This document shows positions 13,249 to 24,724 of a DNA stretch of 64,000 bases, piece by piece. The stretch is taken from assembly GCA_965112155.1 (NCBI GenBank), contig OZ218101.1, one strand, 5' to 3'. The translations under genes and the position numbers were made by a program. Under the pieces are notes generated by a model, which had not been told where the DNA came from, ran no database searches, and saw only the letters and a program-made list of their open reading frames with translations. The stretch's first letter is position 1. Every line of letters begins with the position of its first letter. The DNA is from Podarcis liolepis. Its lineage: Eukaryota.

Positions 13249-13490
13249 CTTGAATCACGTATATAATATCGGCTAAGTTCCCACGGATGATTTCAGTTCA
13301 GAGCATCCGGCAGTGCATCCGCACAATGCTTTGCCATTGCTAGTGTGAAGAGAAAGAGCTGCTGGGATGCTGAATGGCACATCAGCCAACTTTGTGTGTA
13401 GCAAAGGCTCCATGGAAGATCTGGACTGAAGCTACACTGAATTGCGGATTGGATTCCACTGCAAATACTGATGGTGTCACAGAAGCACTG
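13249..13490 (-). other. DMD: Alternative first exon of the short dystrophin isoform Dp140 (orthologue); 5' end approximate
   Basis: Minus strand reads ...CACTAGCAATGGCAAAGCATTGTGCGGATGCACTGCCGGATGCTCTGAACTGAAATCATCCGTGGGAAC...GATTCAAG|GTAAGG. This strongly resembles the recalled human Dp140 5' exon (ACTAGCAATGGCAAAGCTTTGTGCGGAGGCATTGCTGGCTGCTCTGAACTAAAAGCATCCGTGGGGAC). It sits in intron 44 as in mammals, has a consensus donor at 13249/13248, and retains CpGs locally. Confidence 0.85.
13273..13413 (-). CDS. Candidate 46-aa uORF/micropeptide MEPLLHTKLADVPFSIPAALSLHTSNGKALCGCTAGCSELKSSVGT in the Dp140-like first exon
   Basis: ATG at 13413 (tccATGG), TAG at 13275..13273; below the ORF-track cutoff. 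The frame is phase-0 with the donor. Differences from the recalled human sequence are mostly synonymous in this frame. Confidence 0.4.
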   Translation of the reverse strand: MEPLLHTKLADVPFSIPAALSLHTSNGKALCGCTAGCSELKSSVGT

Positions 13491-13595
13491 CTTTTAGGCA
13501 GAAAACCTTCATTTATAATTAAAACGGGCTATAAAACTAAGAAATAAATCTTGCATCTGCTTTGCAAATCAATTTGGATGATTAGAATAGTGAAG
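13440..13595 (-). promoter_or_regulatory. Putative Dp140 promoter
   Basis: Immediately upstream of the Dp140-like exon; TATAAAT at 13511..13517 and CCAAT at 13448..13452 on the minus strand. The start site cannot be fixed from sequence. Confidence 0.55.
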
Positions 13596-13675
13596 ATATA
13601 TATATATATATATAGATATATAGATATATATATATATATATATATATTCATTTAGGAGAGAGAGAGAGAGAGAGA
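13596..13675. repeat. Compound microsatellite: interrupted (AT)n followed by (GA)10
   Basis: AT run 13596..13647 with two GA interruptions; GA run 13656..13675. Confidence 0.95.
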
Positions 13676-16600
13676 AACATAACTCCCTTATCTAATTATC
13701 AAATCTTCTGTGTATTTTCTGTATTTGGTTGTAGCTCTTTCTTTCTTTAAACTATTTTTACCCCCCCCTCAAAAAGCTTTTGTGTCACAGCTGTAAAACA
13801 GTAAAAAAAAGATAAATAATGGATCATCTTATATTCTTATTTTTAATCAACTCTACCCAATGCTTCTTCCTGATTAAAATACTTCTCAGAGGCACAGTAT
13901 TTCATATAGTTGATATGGTGACCTTATGGAAAAACAGCTACAAAAATCAGCAAGCAATATTTTCATGAACACAGACAGCGGGTACGAAACTGCAGTTTCA
14001 GTAAATGTGGAGTATCAGTAAATATGCTGTACTTACTACTAGCATTCATATGGCTTTAAATATTCCCCAGTGTTCCCTAGTGTAATACTGTTCAGAATGC
14101 ACATATGAATCTCTCTAAAAAGGTTGGAATTGCCCATCTTAAGTATTAGTGCTTATGCAATTGCTGGGATATTGAGCTGAAAGGAGCTATAACTTTGATT
14201 TAAAGCTGCTGTTTAGTTTAAATTTTCCCATGAAAGTTGGCACGTGGATATTTAAAAGTAAAAAAATACTTCCATAAAGCAATATGCAGAGTAATTTCAT
14301 TGACATGGAATGCAATCTAGCCTGCTTGTTTGACGCCATTGGGTTGGCACAACAGAAACGGGAAGAAATAAACTGTAGGATGCCTTGTTTATGAGTCAGA
14401 GAAGAGTACCTGAGATAGCAACTGAAGGGCAACTGTCTAGCAGCACACAAAGCTACGTTTGATATTAAAACAAAGGACAGACAGGTAGACATGTGAGGCC
14501 AAAGCATAACTCGAAAGGTATCATAAAAGAGGCAAGTTGCTCCTCTTTCCTTCTGTGTAAGCAACATAAAACTGCTAAATTATAGAGTTCTCATATGGAT
14601 TTGATTGCCTGCTCTATCCTATTAAATTAACCCATATCGTCTTTTGGCTCAGATTTGACCTCATCAAACAGCTGTAATCTGAAAGAACAAGCCTCTAAAG
14701 AGTCTATAAACAACTAGAGTAAAAACCAGATACAAATCATTTCATTGTTTGCTTTCATAAATGAACATTCTAAGATGCACAGCTTGCAAATGTGAACTTT
14801 AATATGCTCAGAAGAGATAAAATCTGGAGCACTTTTTTTGGCTAACAAATGCAAAGAATTGTCCTCCAGTGGCTGAAAAGGAAAAACAATAAATTTTACT
14901 CATGCTTTGTCTTTGTCTATTTAATATAGTCAAGGCCTTATCAGCACTCAAACACACTCCTGTGAAAAGCCCTGGAAAACTAGCTAGAATCCCTGAATGC
15001 TTCATCTGTCTTTCTGTCTTGTCTTCTTTTATTGAATTCTAATGAAAATATCTATAATGCGCTGGAAACTATATCGCAAACACAGAAAGGGAAAAAAGTC
15101 TAAATATTAAACAAATAATAATCTCGGAGCATTATGAAGACGCGCTAACAGGGCTGCAAAGACAACCAATTACATACCACAAGTAAAATTAATACATTCT
15201 AGCCTCTGCTATTATTGACCATTTGCTCAAGAGAGGCATTTGTGTCAACAAATGAAATACAACAGATCACTTCTAAAAAGGTATAAAAGTTGTCCAATTG
15301 CACCATCAAGCAGCAATTGTGGGACCAATTTGTAATGAACCCTACTTGAATGAAAAGAAAATTCTGTATAGTAAGCTCACTTTTGGATAAGTGTACATTT
15401 TAGTCCCCAAAGAAACTTTGGAGAGGCAAGCTGCAGTGATTTAAATTTACTGGTTATCATATAATAAAATCAGCATAGGTAGCCTAATATTTCTACTTGC
15501 AGTCCACCCCCATGCCCAATATATTGCATATTGCTTTGTCGTAACTACTGAACTATTGCCATCTTGTTTAAAAGAGGACACCTAAAGATACCCGCCTTCA
15601 TATGTAGTGACCATTTGATTAAGATAAAGGTAAGTGGACATTTCAGTTGCCATTACCACCACTGTTTTAAAAGTACTGTTAATTTTCCCTTTGAGGGTGT
15701 TGTTTTTAATTTTAACCAGGGTAACATTTCCTGTGTGGATAAAGCTAGTCATTACTGTTTATGGGAGAAGCCTGGAAAGCCATTCAGACAAGGAAGGCTT
15801 ACTGGTCTCAAAAGCTGTAGCTTTTCACACTAAATGATATCCAAGAGACAACTGATATTGCTGTGAAAATAGCATGAAGCTTTCCGCTTCTAAATGAGTC
15901 TCATTTAGAACTATAACAATTGTCCAACTAAATGAAGATGCCTGTTGATTTAAGGTAAACAATGGGTAGAACAATCCAGAATATCTACCCAGCCTAAGAA
16001 GACTTAAAGTGTCATACTGGTCATGGGTGAATTTGGAATGGAGCAACACTATCGGTATAGTCCATTTTCTAAAATAATAATTACTGTATGCCAAACAATT
16101 AGCTATACAACTGCTATGAGACAGAAGTGAATTACACTGGCAAGCCCAAAGCCACAGGCTTACACTGCTATTCCTGCTATTCCCTGAATGGACTCTAAAA
16201 CTGACAGTTCATCATCTTTTATGAGTATTCATCTTACTTTAAAAAGATCCTGTAAAACATGGGAATCTTATCATCTGATAAATGTTTCAAAAGTGCAAAT
16301 ATCCAATATAACAACATTTCAGGAATCATTAGGCAACAGTTATAAAAACTGGGCAATCATATATTTCAATAATAGAATGACAGTTACACTTCTAAGCTGA
16401 GAATTATTACACTTCTTGAACAGTTACATGTACTTGATGCTAAGCTTTCTGCCCTACAAAATACTCTTTAACGTAACATATACACACAAACGTATTGTCT
16501 GCATTTCTACTCTGATACAATCTCAAATCTTTACGATAATTGCAAACAGTTGCAGAAGCAGAAGGGAACTTAGAGAGTAACTATCTATCTTTCTTTCCCT

Positions 16601-18186
16601 CTCTTCTGGCTCTGCACCCCCAGAAAAGCAACCCTTCCCTGAATGGGGGGGGGGGTTTCCTCCCAAACAGCATGAACAATGTTGTACAGGGCTTTGGAGG
16701 CAGGTGGAAGAACTTTGCAGGAATGGAGCTTTCAAAACTTCCTCTCTGAACTTTTAAGTTTTGTGGCATTTAGGTGGAAGAGACATTTCAAAGAAGTGAC
16801 TCCTCAGATAGTGCAGTTCCCAGGAGAGGAAATGCCCAATTCCCAGTTCAAGTGACAGAGCATGTACCACATTTTCAGGCACCATGTTTTTACTTTCAAG
16901 CTAGCAGAAACAGAAGACAAGGGAAAAGAACGCTGTCCTCTGTGTTTGTGGTACACATGAGTTTTCATCCTTACAAAACTATTATTTAGAGCACAACGTG
17001 CAAAGGAAATTCTCCATAAGCTCATTTTCAAAGTAAGATAAATCTAAACGAGGGCCTAGAGCCCCTCAGAATTATCAAATTTCGTTGAGAAAATTTCACA
17101 AACTTTATTTACTTCATTGTGATAGTTAACAGGGCATGCCATGTTCTGCAGGGGCACATGCTGCATTTTATCTTATTTAAAATCTGTGTGAGAGACAGAT
17201 AATTTTCTCTACCTTAAATTAGGTGAAGGCAAGATACAAGTTTAAGACATATACTCATTCTCATGTAGTCTGCACAGACCTAAAAGAATATAGTATATAA
17301 ATGACAGCAAGAACCTGCAGTTCAGATCTTTAAGGTGTTGGTTACCACGTCAACATATACTGAGGTAAAGTACTTACAGAATGAAAGTCATAATAGATAA
17401 ACAGACCTTTACCCCACTTGCCATAATTCAATGATTCATCTATGACTTTTGTGACAAAGGAGTTTCTATTGCATATTCTCAGAAGACGTAAAATCGAAGT
17501 TGTGTCAAGCATCATTTCTTATCCTATTGGATTGTGTTTTGCAGCACAAATGGGAAGCCTTTGGGAAGCCCAAAAGAAGGGATTGAAGGAAATAACCAAT
17601 TCATATTGTTGCTACCTAGCAAGTGGTATTCAGAAACATGTTGCCTCTGAACCAGAAGGGTCCAAATAGCCATTGTAAGTAACAGCTAGAGAAAGACATA
17701 TCCTCCATAAATTTAAAATCAATTATACAATGTGCAAACAAATACTTTCTTAAGTCTGTCCTGAATCTACTACAGATACATTTTATAGGATGATCTCCAG
17801 TACTTGTAATGTGATAAAGGGAATAAAAACTATCTAAACACTTTATTCATATCATACATCATTTTAAAACTCTTCCCCCCCCCCCAGCCAGCTTTCCTCC
17901 AAAGGCTTTAGCTTTTTTCATAGCAAATATGATCCTGCCCCCTTCATGATTTGTGTTGCCCTTTTCTACTTCTAACAGTTTTGCATTACTTCTGCATTTC
18001 TAGACTGGTGGCTGTTTTGATTGTGGCACCATCACCAATTTATTTTTTTAGTAAATTTCAGCTAGAAAATAACTGGGCAGTTATGTACCCCATGCTTCAT
18101 TTGTGGGTAGGCTTGCCATTCACACATCTCCTACTGTAACACAAACCTGTTTTTCCATATTACAGCTGCTGATATGAAATAAGATA

Positions 18187-18260
18187 TCATAGAATCATAG
18201 AGTTGGAATGACCCTGAGGATCATGTAGTCCAACTCCCTGCAATGCAGGAATATGCAGCT
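18187..18260 (-). mobile_element. CR1 LINE extreme 3' fragment
   Basis: TCATAGAATCATAGAGTTGGAA...TAGTCCAAC is the reverse complement of the CR1 3' end with its ATTCTATG octamer repeat; similar to 26118..26165. Confidence 0.75.
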
Positions 18261-21120
18261 GGAAGGCACCAACTTCGCTGAGTGTTTTGGGACTCCTGAA
18301 AATGTATTATTTCATCCAAGCTTCTGCAGATCACAATTTCCAACCTCGAGAGATCACCCAACTATTATGGTTACTGTAGTCTATTTATTTGGGGTGCACT
18401 TTTACTTAACTTGTTTTCTTAAACTGAGTTCTTACTTTTGTAAACCACCTTGGGATTTGTATGAAAGGTGGCATGAACATATTCTGTTATTTGAGAAACA
18501 TAACAAAGCATCATGGTAACTACAGCCTTCTCTTTCTCTTCTGGCTTTATAGAGTTAAAAGCTAAATAACTGAGATAATAAATATAGCACCATGGAGCTC
18601 CGCTAAGTTTCTCTAGACTAAAAATACAGTACAGCCCAGCAGTGATGGGTAGGAGTGTGGACAGCTACAATTTGGATGCTAGCCTTGTGATTATTTTCCT
18701 TAGGTCAGTAGGAAGGTGGGAAATTGTATGACTGCTTTATTCACTGCATTGTTTATTTGAAATCAGCGTAGGTATTTCTCATTCCACCTGCAACTATTGA
18801 ATGAGGAGGAAGTGTTAGCATGCGCAAGTGTGGGAGAAATGCAGAGGAATAACAATAATTAAAAAGTGTTAGTAAATAGTTTTGGTATTCAACAGAAATT
18901 TAACTATATTTTTCTGAGTTCTTGCAAGGGGTTCCATTAGAGCTCTTGACATTTGCAAAAGGCTGCTGCTCCTGCATCTGAATTTGCACTACTGCTAGAC
19001 TGTGGTTTATAATAGCCTGGGGATTTGCCAAGTTGGCCTTTTATTCTGTGTACTTCCTACTCACTATCTTTCCCCTGTCCCCTTCCTCTCACATTTGATA
19101 GTCTTGTGAGCATCAATGGCTTTGCCCAACCACGCCAGTGTGTTACATAGGCAGGAAGAAGGATGGCGTTGTCTTGTGCTTGTATGTGTGGGAGTGCGTG
19201 CACACACATGTTCAATGGGTTTATTGCTTTTGGGTTTTTACCTATGGACCTTCCTATTAATTTTTCTGGCTAATGCACATGTTTTGTAGTTGTAGCAGAG
19301 CAAGGTGGCAAGGGTGAGCTCTGGTCTGGTTGATGCAGGCAGGGATTTATCAGCTAAATCTAAAGCAATTCTAAGCACATTTCAGCTAAAGCAATTTGAG
19401 TCAAAGGAATATCCCGTTAATTGTAAAATATCTCCAGGAATTTTGAGGGGTATAAGAATTTTTATAATCTTGGGGAATTCTTAAACATGGTGGGAGATGA
19501 ATTAATGAATCAGTACACTTAGTGTTGTTGCCTGCTATCCTGGCTCTTCCGTGCCCCCTCTTTCATGCAAATACATGCAAAACATTGGAGTAGGATAGGT
19601 AGACCATCCTAAGTACACCCATGAAACTTTCTTATGTTGTTGGTGGTATTATTTTGCTACAAATGTTCTATGCCAAGTTTTGTGCTGCTGTGCTGGTGAT
19701 CACAGCCAATAAACTGGGAAAGTACACACACACTCAGAGAGACTTTTAAAACTCAGTCAAGCACCCCATGCATCATATAGTTCTAAATTAATTTTGATTC
19801 AATGTAAGGAACTATAGAGCATCACATAAAGTTTAATATAAAGACAATGTATAGCACTGAAAATCAGTTTCTGATTAAAAAAGAATCTGTGGAAATGAAC
19901 TTGCCTTATTTAGAAGGGTGAAATCATTCAACTTCAAATAAATGCATATTCTATTTAGATTTTTATTTCATCACACTGGTCTTCGATGTTGAACATTCAT
20001 TTTGATTATGTATTATTTTACTGATTTATTCATTCATTAATTCACTCCAATAGTAATAATGTGATCAACTTCAATGGCTATATTTAAAGGGTATATTTAA
20101 ACTGCAACATATATCTTATCTCTTTGCACTGTACTAAATTCTACCATCAAAATTGTTAATTAAGAAAGAAAATCAAGTTCCTCTTAATCTCATACTAAAG
20201 GATTATTTTTCTATAAAAATACAGTTTAATTATGAAAATGAATCCATGAATTTTATGAAGACACGACACTAATATTAGAAATGGGCATATGAATGAATGG
20301 GCAAAATGTAAAGTAGACAAAGTACTGATGCTTAATTTGGTAGATTAAAAACATAGCTAGAGTGCTTCTGAAGTGGTCATTGGTCATGTTAGCTGAACGA
20401 CTCTAAGTGCAAATAATGAAGCCTGTGTGAAAGTGTGTTAGGATTGGTAGCAGAGACCCAGAGAGATTATTTGATTCCATCTGTCCAACATACACTTGTG
20501 CCTGCAGCTGCATACCTAGAGGGTTGTGGCAAATGGATAAAATGAAACCACAACTTTAAAAAACAAAACAAAACAAGCCACAGTCATAATACTTGGCACA
20601 TAGATGACAGGGATTTGAATGCGGCTGCTGGGTGAAAGCAGGGGTGCCAACTCAATATTTTGGGAGAAGGGTCCAGCCCCCCTATGTCTCAAAAAAATTA
20701 GGGGGCGGAGGAAGCCAAGCACAGAGCTGAACATGGTGCAGCTTCAAGCCTCACTGCCGCCATGTTTACCTCCATCTCTGGCTCCTCCTGACACTGGGAT
20801 GTCACAAACGACATCACCCACCCCCCACCCCCATTGCCCTGGGATCTCTGGGTAGAAGACTGGGAGGAGTATAGTAAGAGATCAAGGACGATTTAGGCCA
20901 CTGATGGTTGTCCTTAACCAATCTCTGAGAGTACAATCTATTCTACTCTAATTACATTTGCCCCCAGCCAATGCTAGATGGTGAATTTGGCCAGTGGTGG
21001 AAGGGAGGAGGACATACTACAGGAAGTGTGAGGGGTACATGACTCTTCATTTCTCAGGTTCTTTTACATCTTTTAAAGCACAAATGTCTGCTTTTTTGCA
21101 TGTTGTATGGTTGCCCTATC

Positions 21121-21357
21121 CAGGGGGGAGGAAGGGTGTGTGGTGGAGGCAGAGCGCCCCGGGTGTCTTCACTGAGGGGAGTAACATTTGGCAGTCGCGG
21201 GTGGGTGGCGCGCCGAATGTCCACCATAGGCAGCTCACTCCGTCCCGGCTACAGGGCGCGCATGCTGCTTCGTGCACCCGAGCAGCTATTCCACGCCTGG
21301 GAGGGCACCCTCAGCATCTTGCCCCCCTCCAGAGCGCGGGCATATGCTCCACCATAG
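21121..21357. mobile_element. GC/CpG-rich non-autonomous hAT-like element
   Basis: Perfect 8-bp TSD GCCCTATC at 21113..21120 and 21358..21365; degenerate TIRs (CAGGGGGAGGA.../...CTCCACCATAG); abrupt GC-rich composition. Confidence 0.8.
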
Positions 21358-21832
21358 GCCCTATCTGAATACTTTGCTTGGTGAGCTGTGGCCTGTTCAA
21401 TCCCTTGCAGAATGTAAGAAATATGTTAAAATTTATTTATTTCAATTAGCTTAAACTGAATTTTATTACGTTTCCTCTGTTCTTCTTTCCTTTCTCTCTC
21501 TTTCTTAGAATCCCTATGCAGACGACTAAAATGACGTGGGGGTACAGTAAGAAGAGTGGGAATGTACTGATAACCTGTTCTGCACAGACTCCATGTGGGC
21601 CTGCACTCTATGTATGTATGGCCTATCAGTGCTTTATTTGTCCAGAGATTTTGGACGGCCCATCAGAGCCTACATGTCTATAGTTGGTAACTACATAGCC
21701 TCTGCACATAACAGCCCATTAAACTCCTGTCGCCTAGGGAGTATGACATTTGGCCTGGGCCTATTCCTACACATGTTGATTCTTCCTTTGTTTTAGTTGT
21801 CTGCCTAGAGACTATATTGCTATTTCTTAGTT

Positions 21833-21990
21833 CAGCCTTCTTCAATTAGGTGCCCTCCAGATATTTTGGATTACAACTCTAATGAGCCCCAGCTAGCATG
21901 GTTAGGCTGAAGACCATTGGTTTAGCAATGATCAGGGTTGAAGAATACATAGTTCTAAACATCTGGAGGGCACCATGACGGGCGAGGCTG
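21833..21990. mobile_element. Old hairpin hAT-type MITE
   Basis: Inverted arms GTGCCCTCCAGATATTT / AAACATCTGGAGGGCAC; related to 25756..25892 and 35179..35314. Confidence 0.7.
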
Positions 21991-22154
21991 TCTAAGACTG
22001 TAAATGCTGAGTCTGGGCCAGAAAAGGACGTACTTTATTATTTTAGAGGCTGGATAAATTATGATTATTTCATTTATGTATCATCATTGTTTTTATTCCC
22101 TAGAAAAGCGAAGGACTGGATCTGCTATTTTAACTGTTAAATGCAACTGTTTCA

Positions 22155-22294
22155 ATCGGCCTTACCTGACGTAGTGTCCTCCAGGTGTTTGGGCTGGCAG
22201 CTCCCAAAAGTTCTGGCTAGCACTACCTTGCAGACTGGAGCTGATAGGAGTTATATTCCAAAACATCTGGAGGAGCTAGGTTGGGGAAGGTTGG
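22155..22294. mobile_element. Old hairpin hAT-type MITE
   Basis: Inverted arms CCTCCAGGTGTTTGGG / CCAAAACATCTGGAGG; same family as the neighbouring copy. Confidence 0.7.
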
Positions 22295-24432
22295 TTTAAA
22301 CCATCAGCAAAACGGTGTTATAAGTCAGCACCTCTCTTCCAACTGCTATTCACAAAAAGCATATTGCTGTCCACTCAGATCATTTCTCAGCCACTCACTC
22401 ACTCCGGGACTAGCCTTTTAACTTCCTAGTTCTTCCTCAACACCTGGAATTCTGATGGGATTCATCCGAACTGTCTCCTCGCAGCTAGATCCAATTAGCC
22501 CAATGAACTCTTACAGTCAGCTCTAATCCTCTCCATGCAAACACATTCAATCAGCCAAATACACAGTGCTGCAGCACTGGCTCTACAAGCCACACTAACT
22601 CTTGTGAACAGAAGAGCTGCCACTGATTTTCATGGAAAGTATCCCCAACATAGACATGGAAATTCCTGCTAAGGAAAAGCATCAGAGGACTTCCAACGGA
22701 GGGAGGGAGGGAAGGAATAAAGGAGGAAAGGAAGAAAATAATAAGAGTAGCAGCAAGATTAGCAACATTTCTCAGAGGGGTTTTACGATCTGTGCATGTA
22801 GTGAACCCAGTTGTACCCTCATTAGAACTTTATCAAAAATTTATTAAATACTTTCAGGGTGAAAAAAACGTGAACATTAGCATATCAATGCCCAAAATGT
22901 GACACACTTCAGATGCAAATGTATTAACTATAACACTAAAGTCTAATGCGCCAAAGAACATTTTCAAAGCATTGTAGAGACATTAACTAATGAATCCCTG
23001 AGACACCCCTGGAGGCATTAAAGTTATACATATTGCAAAAGTGTAAAATGTTTTGGAAAGTGCTGGATCACATGGAACACAACAAAAATATAACATGCCA
23101 TATTCTCAGAAGCTGCAGACTTTGCATGTGACAGTTTAAATCGTTTCAGAAAAAGCTAGAAATGGGTCATATCCAGGCTATACATTAAAAACACATATAG
23201 CACTGAAGTTTGTTGAGAGTGTAGCTCAAGGAGGGAGAAAATACAGTTCCCATGATTCTTTGGGAGATGTCATGTGCTTTAAATGTGGGTTGAATGTGCT
23301 TCAAATGTATGGTGTGGATTTTACCATAGATCCTTGTGTAGTTGTACATTCCTAGTCTGTAGGAAAGAGAGAAATTTCTGGCGGTCAAGGGAAAGGTGGC
23401 TTTGATTAGATCTCATACAGAAAGGCTGCAGGACTAGATGACCTGGTTTTGCAAGACTTTTAAAAATCTGCAAGATCAGCACTGTGCAGGATACAGCAAA
23501 TGCTGGGTTCCCTGCACGACCCACCATTGCTGACATTTACAATATTCTAGGGTCCCTGGCCCTTCATTTTATATTTTCCACTGATCAAAGGAGCACAAGG
23601 ATTGGGTATTTTAATTCCCCTAGTAGTATGCTTGAACTCACTTTTCTCAGCTTTGGAAAGGAGAAAATTAAGCAGCAGAATGGGTGATTTGCCATCTTAA
23701 CCTGTCTTGCACACCGAAAATGAGATACATATGCTTTAACTTGGCTGACAGATAACCAGGGTACCTGCAGTTGAACCTTGATAGACCATGTCAATCATCC
23801 CCTGACCCACCCGATGCAGTCAATCTATGATGCTACCTCATTAGAGAAACATGTCAGACATAACTGAGATGCTGGGCACTACTACTCTCTACTTAGGGTT
23901 GAGAGAGTCTGCTATCTTGTCCTGGATGAGCTACCATTTATCAACATAGCAGCCAGAAGTAATATATTAAGGACCCTATGGGTTGTTGACATGACAAACA
24001 TAGGAGCTGTGGATGGGAAAGAAAGCAGGAATAGCTTCAGGAACACCTCAGTTTGTATTTTGGTGTTGCTACTTTGGGGGCAACTACTAGTGGTAACTTG
24101 CTGTTTTTGGTGGGTTTGGGGAAGGATATTCCTGGGACCCCAAAATAGATGCTGAGGTCCAAGGGAAGAGACTTAATCACCAGGCTGATGTCTGTGACAG
24201 CAGCAAAATATAAATTTAAGTTTCTCAAGATTTCTAATAGTCCCTGCTACTGCTGCAAGAGGCCATGGTGGCATCAAGGAGATATATTTCAATTTGTAAA
24301 TGCTGTAACATTCAAGTGTAGATATTTATTTACTAGGCCAATGTAAACAGGCTATAAGTAGTCATATTCCATTAATAAAGTTGTATATCCCCATTGGTAT
24401 CTACAGTATGTCTCCATTCTTTCCCCCAACAC

Positions 24433-24724
24433 CAGGGGTAGGTAACCTAAGGTCCATGGGCCAGATGCGGCCCAATCGCCTTCTCAATCCGGCCCATAGA
24501 CAGTCCAGGAATCAACGTGTTTTTACATGAGTAGAATGTGTCCTTTTATTAAAAATACATCTCTGGGTTATTTGTGGGGCCTGACTGGTGTTTTTACATG
24601 AGAAGAATGTGTCATTTTTTAAAAACAAAATACATCTCTGGGTTATTTGTGGGGCATATAATTTTTTTCATTTCCCCCCAAAAAATATAGTCCGGCCCAC
24701 GGCTGAAAATGTTGCTGACCCCTG
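24433..24724. mobile_element. Non-autonomous hAT (Charlie-like) element with internal ~70-bp duplication
   Basis: Termini CAGGGGTAGGTAAC / GTTGCTGACCCCTG, subterminal CGGCCC motifs, degenerate 8-bp TSD CCCAACAC/CCCTATAC; duplicated unit GTGTTTTTACATGAG...TTATTTGTGGGGC at ~24517 and ~24588. Confidence 0.82.

Noticed and set aside
14187-14567. 126-aa minus-strand ORF upstream of the Dp140-like promoter
   Set aside because: No recognisable homology or splice structure; composition typical of random AT-rich ORFs.
23810-24430. Possible additional LTR (TATA-like and AATAAA motifs near 24350..24380)
   Set aside because: Could not identify TG...CA termini or a TSD.
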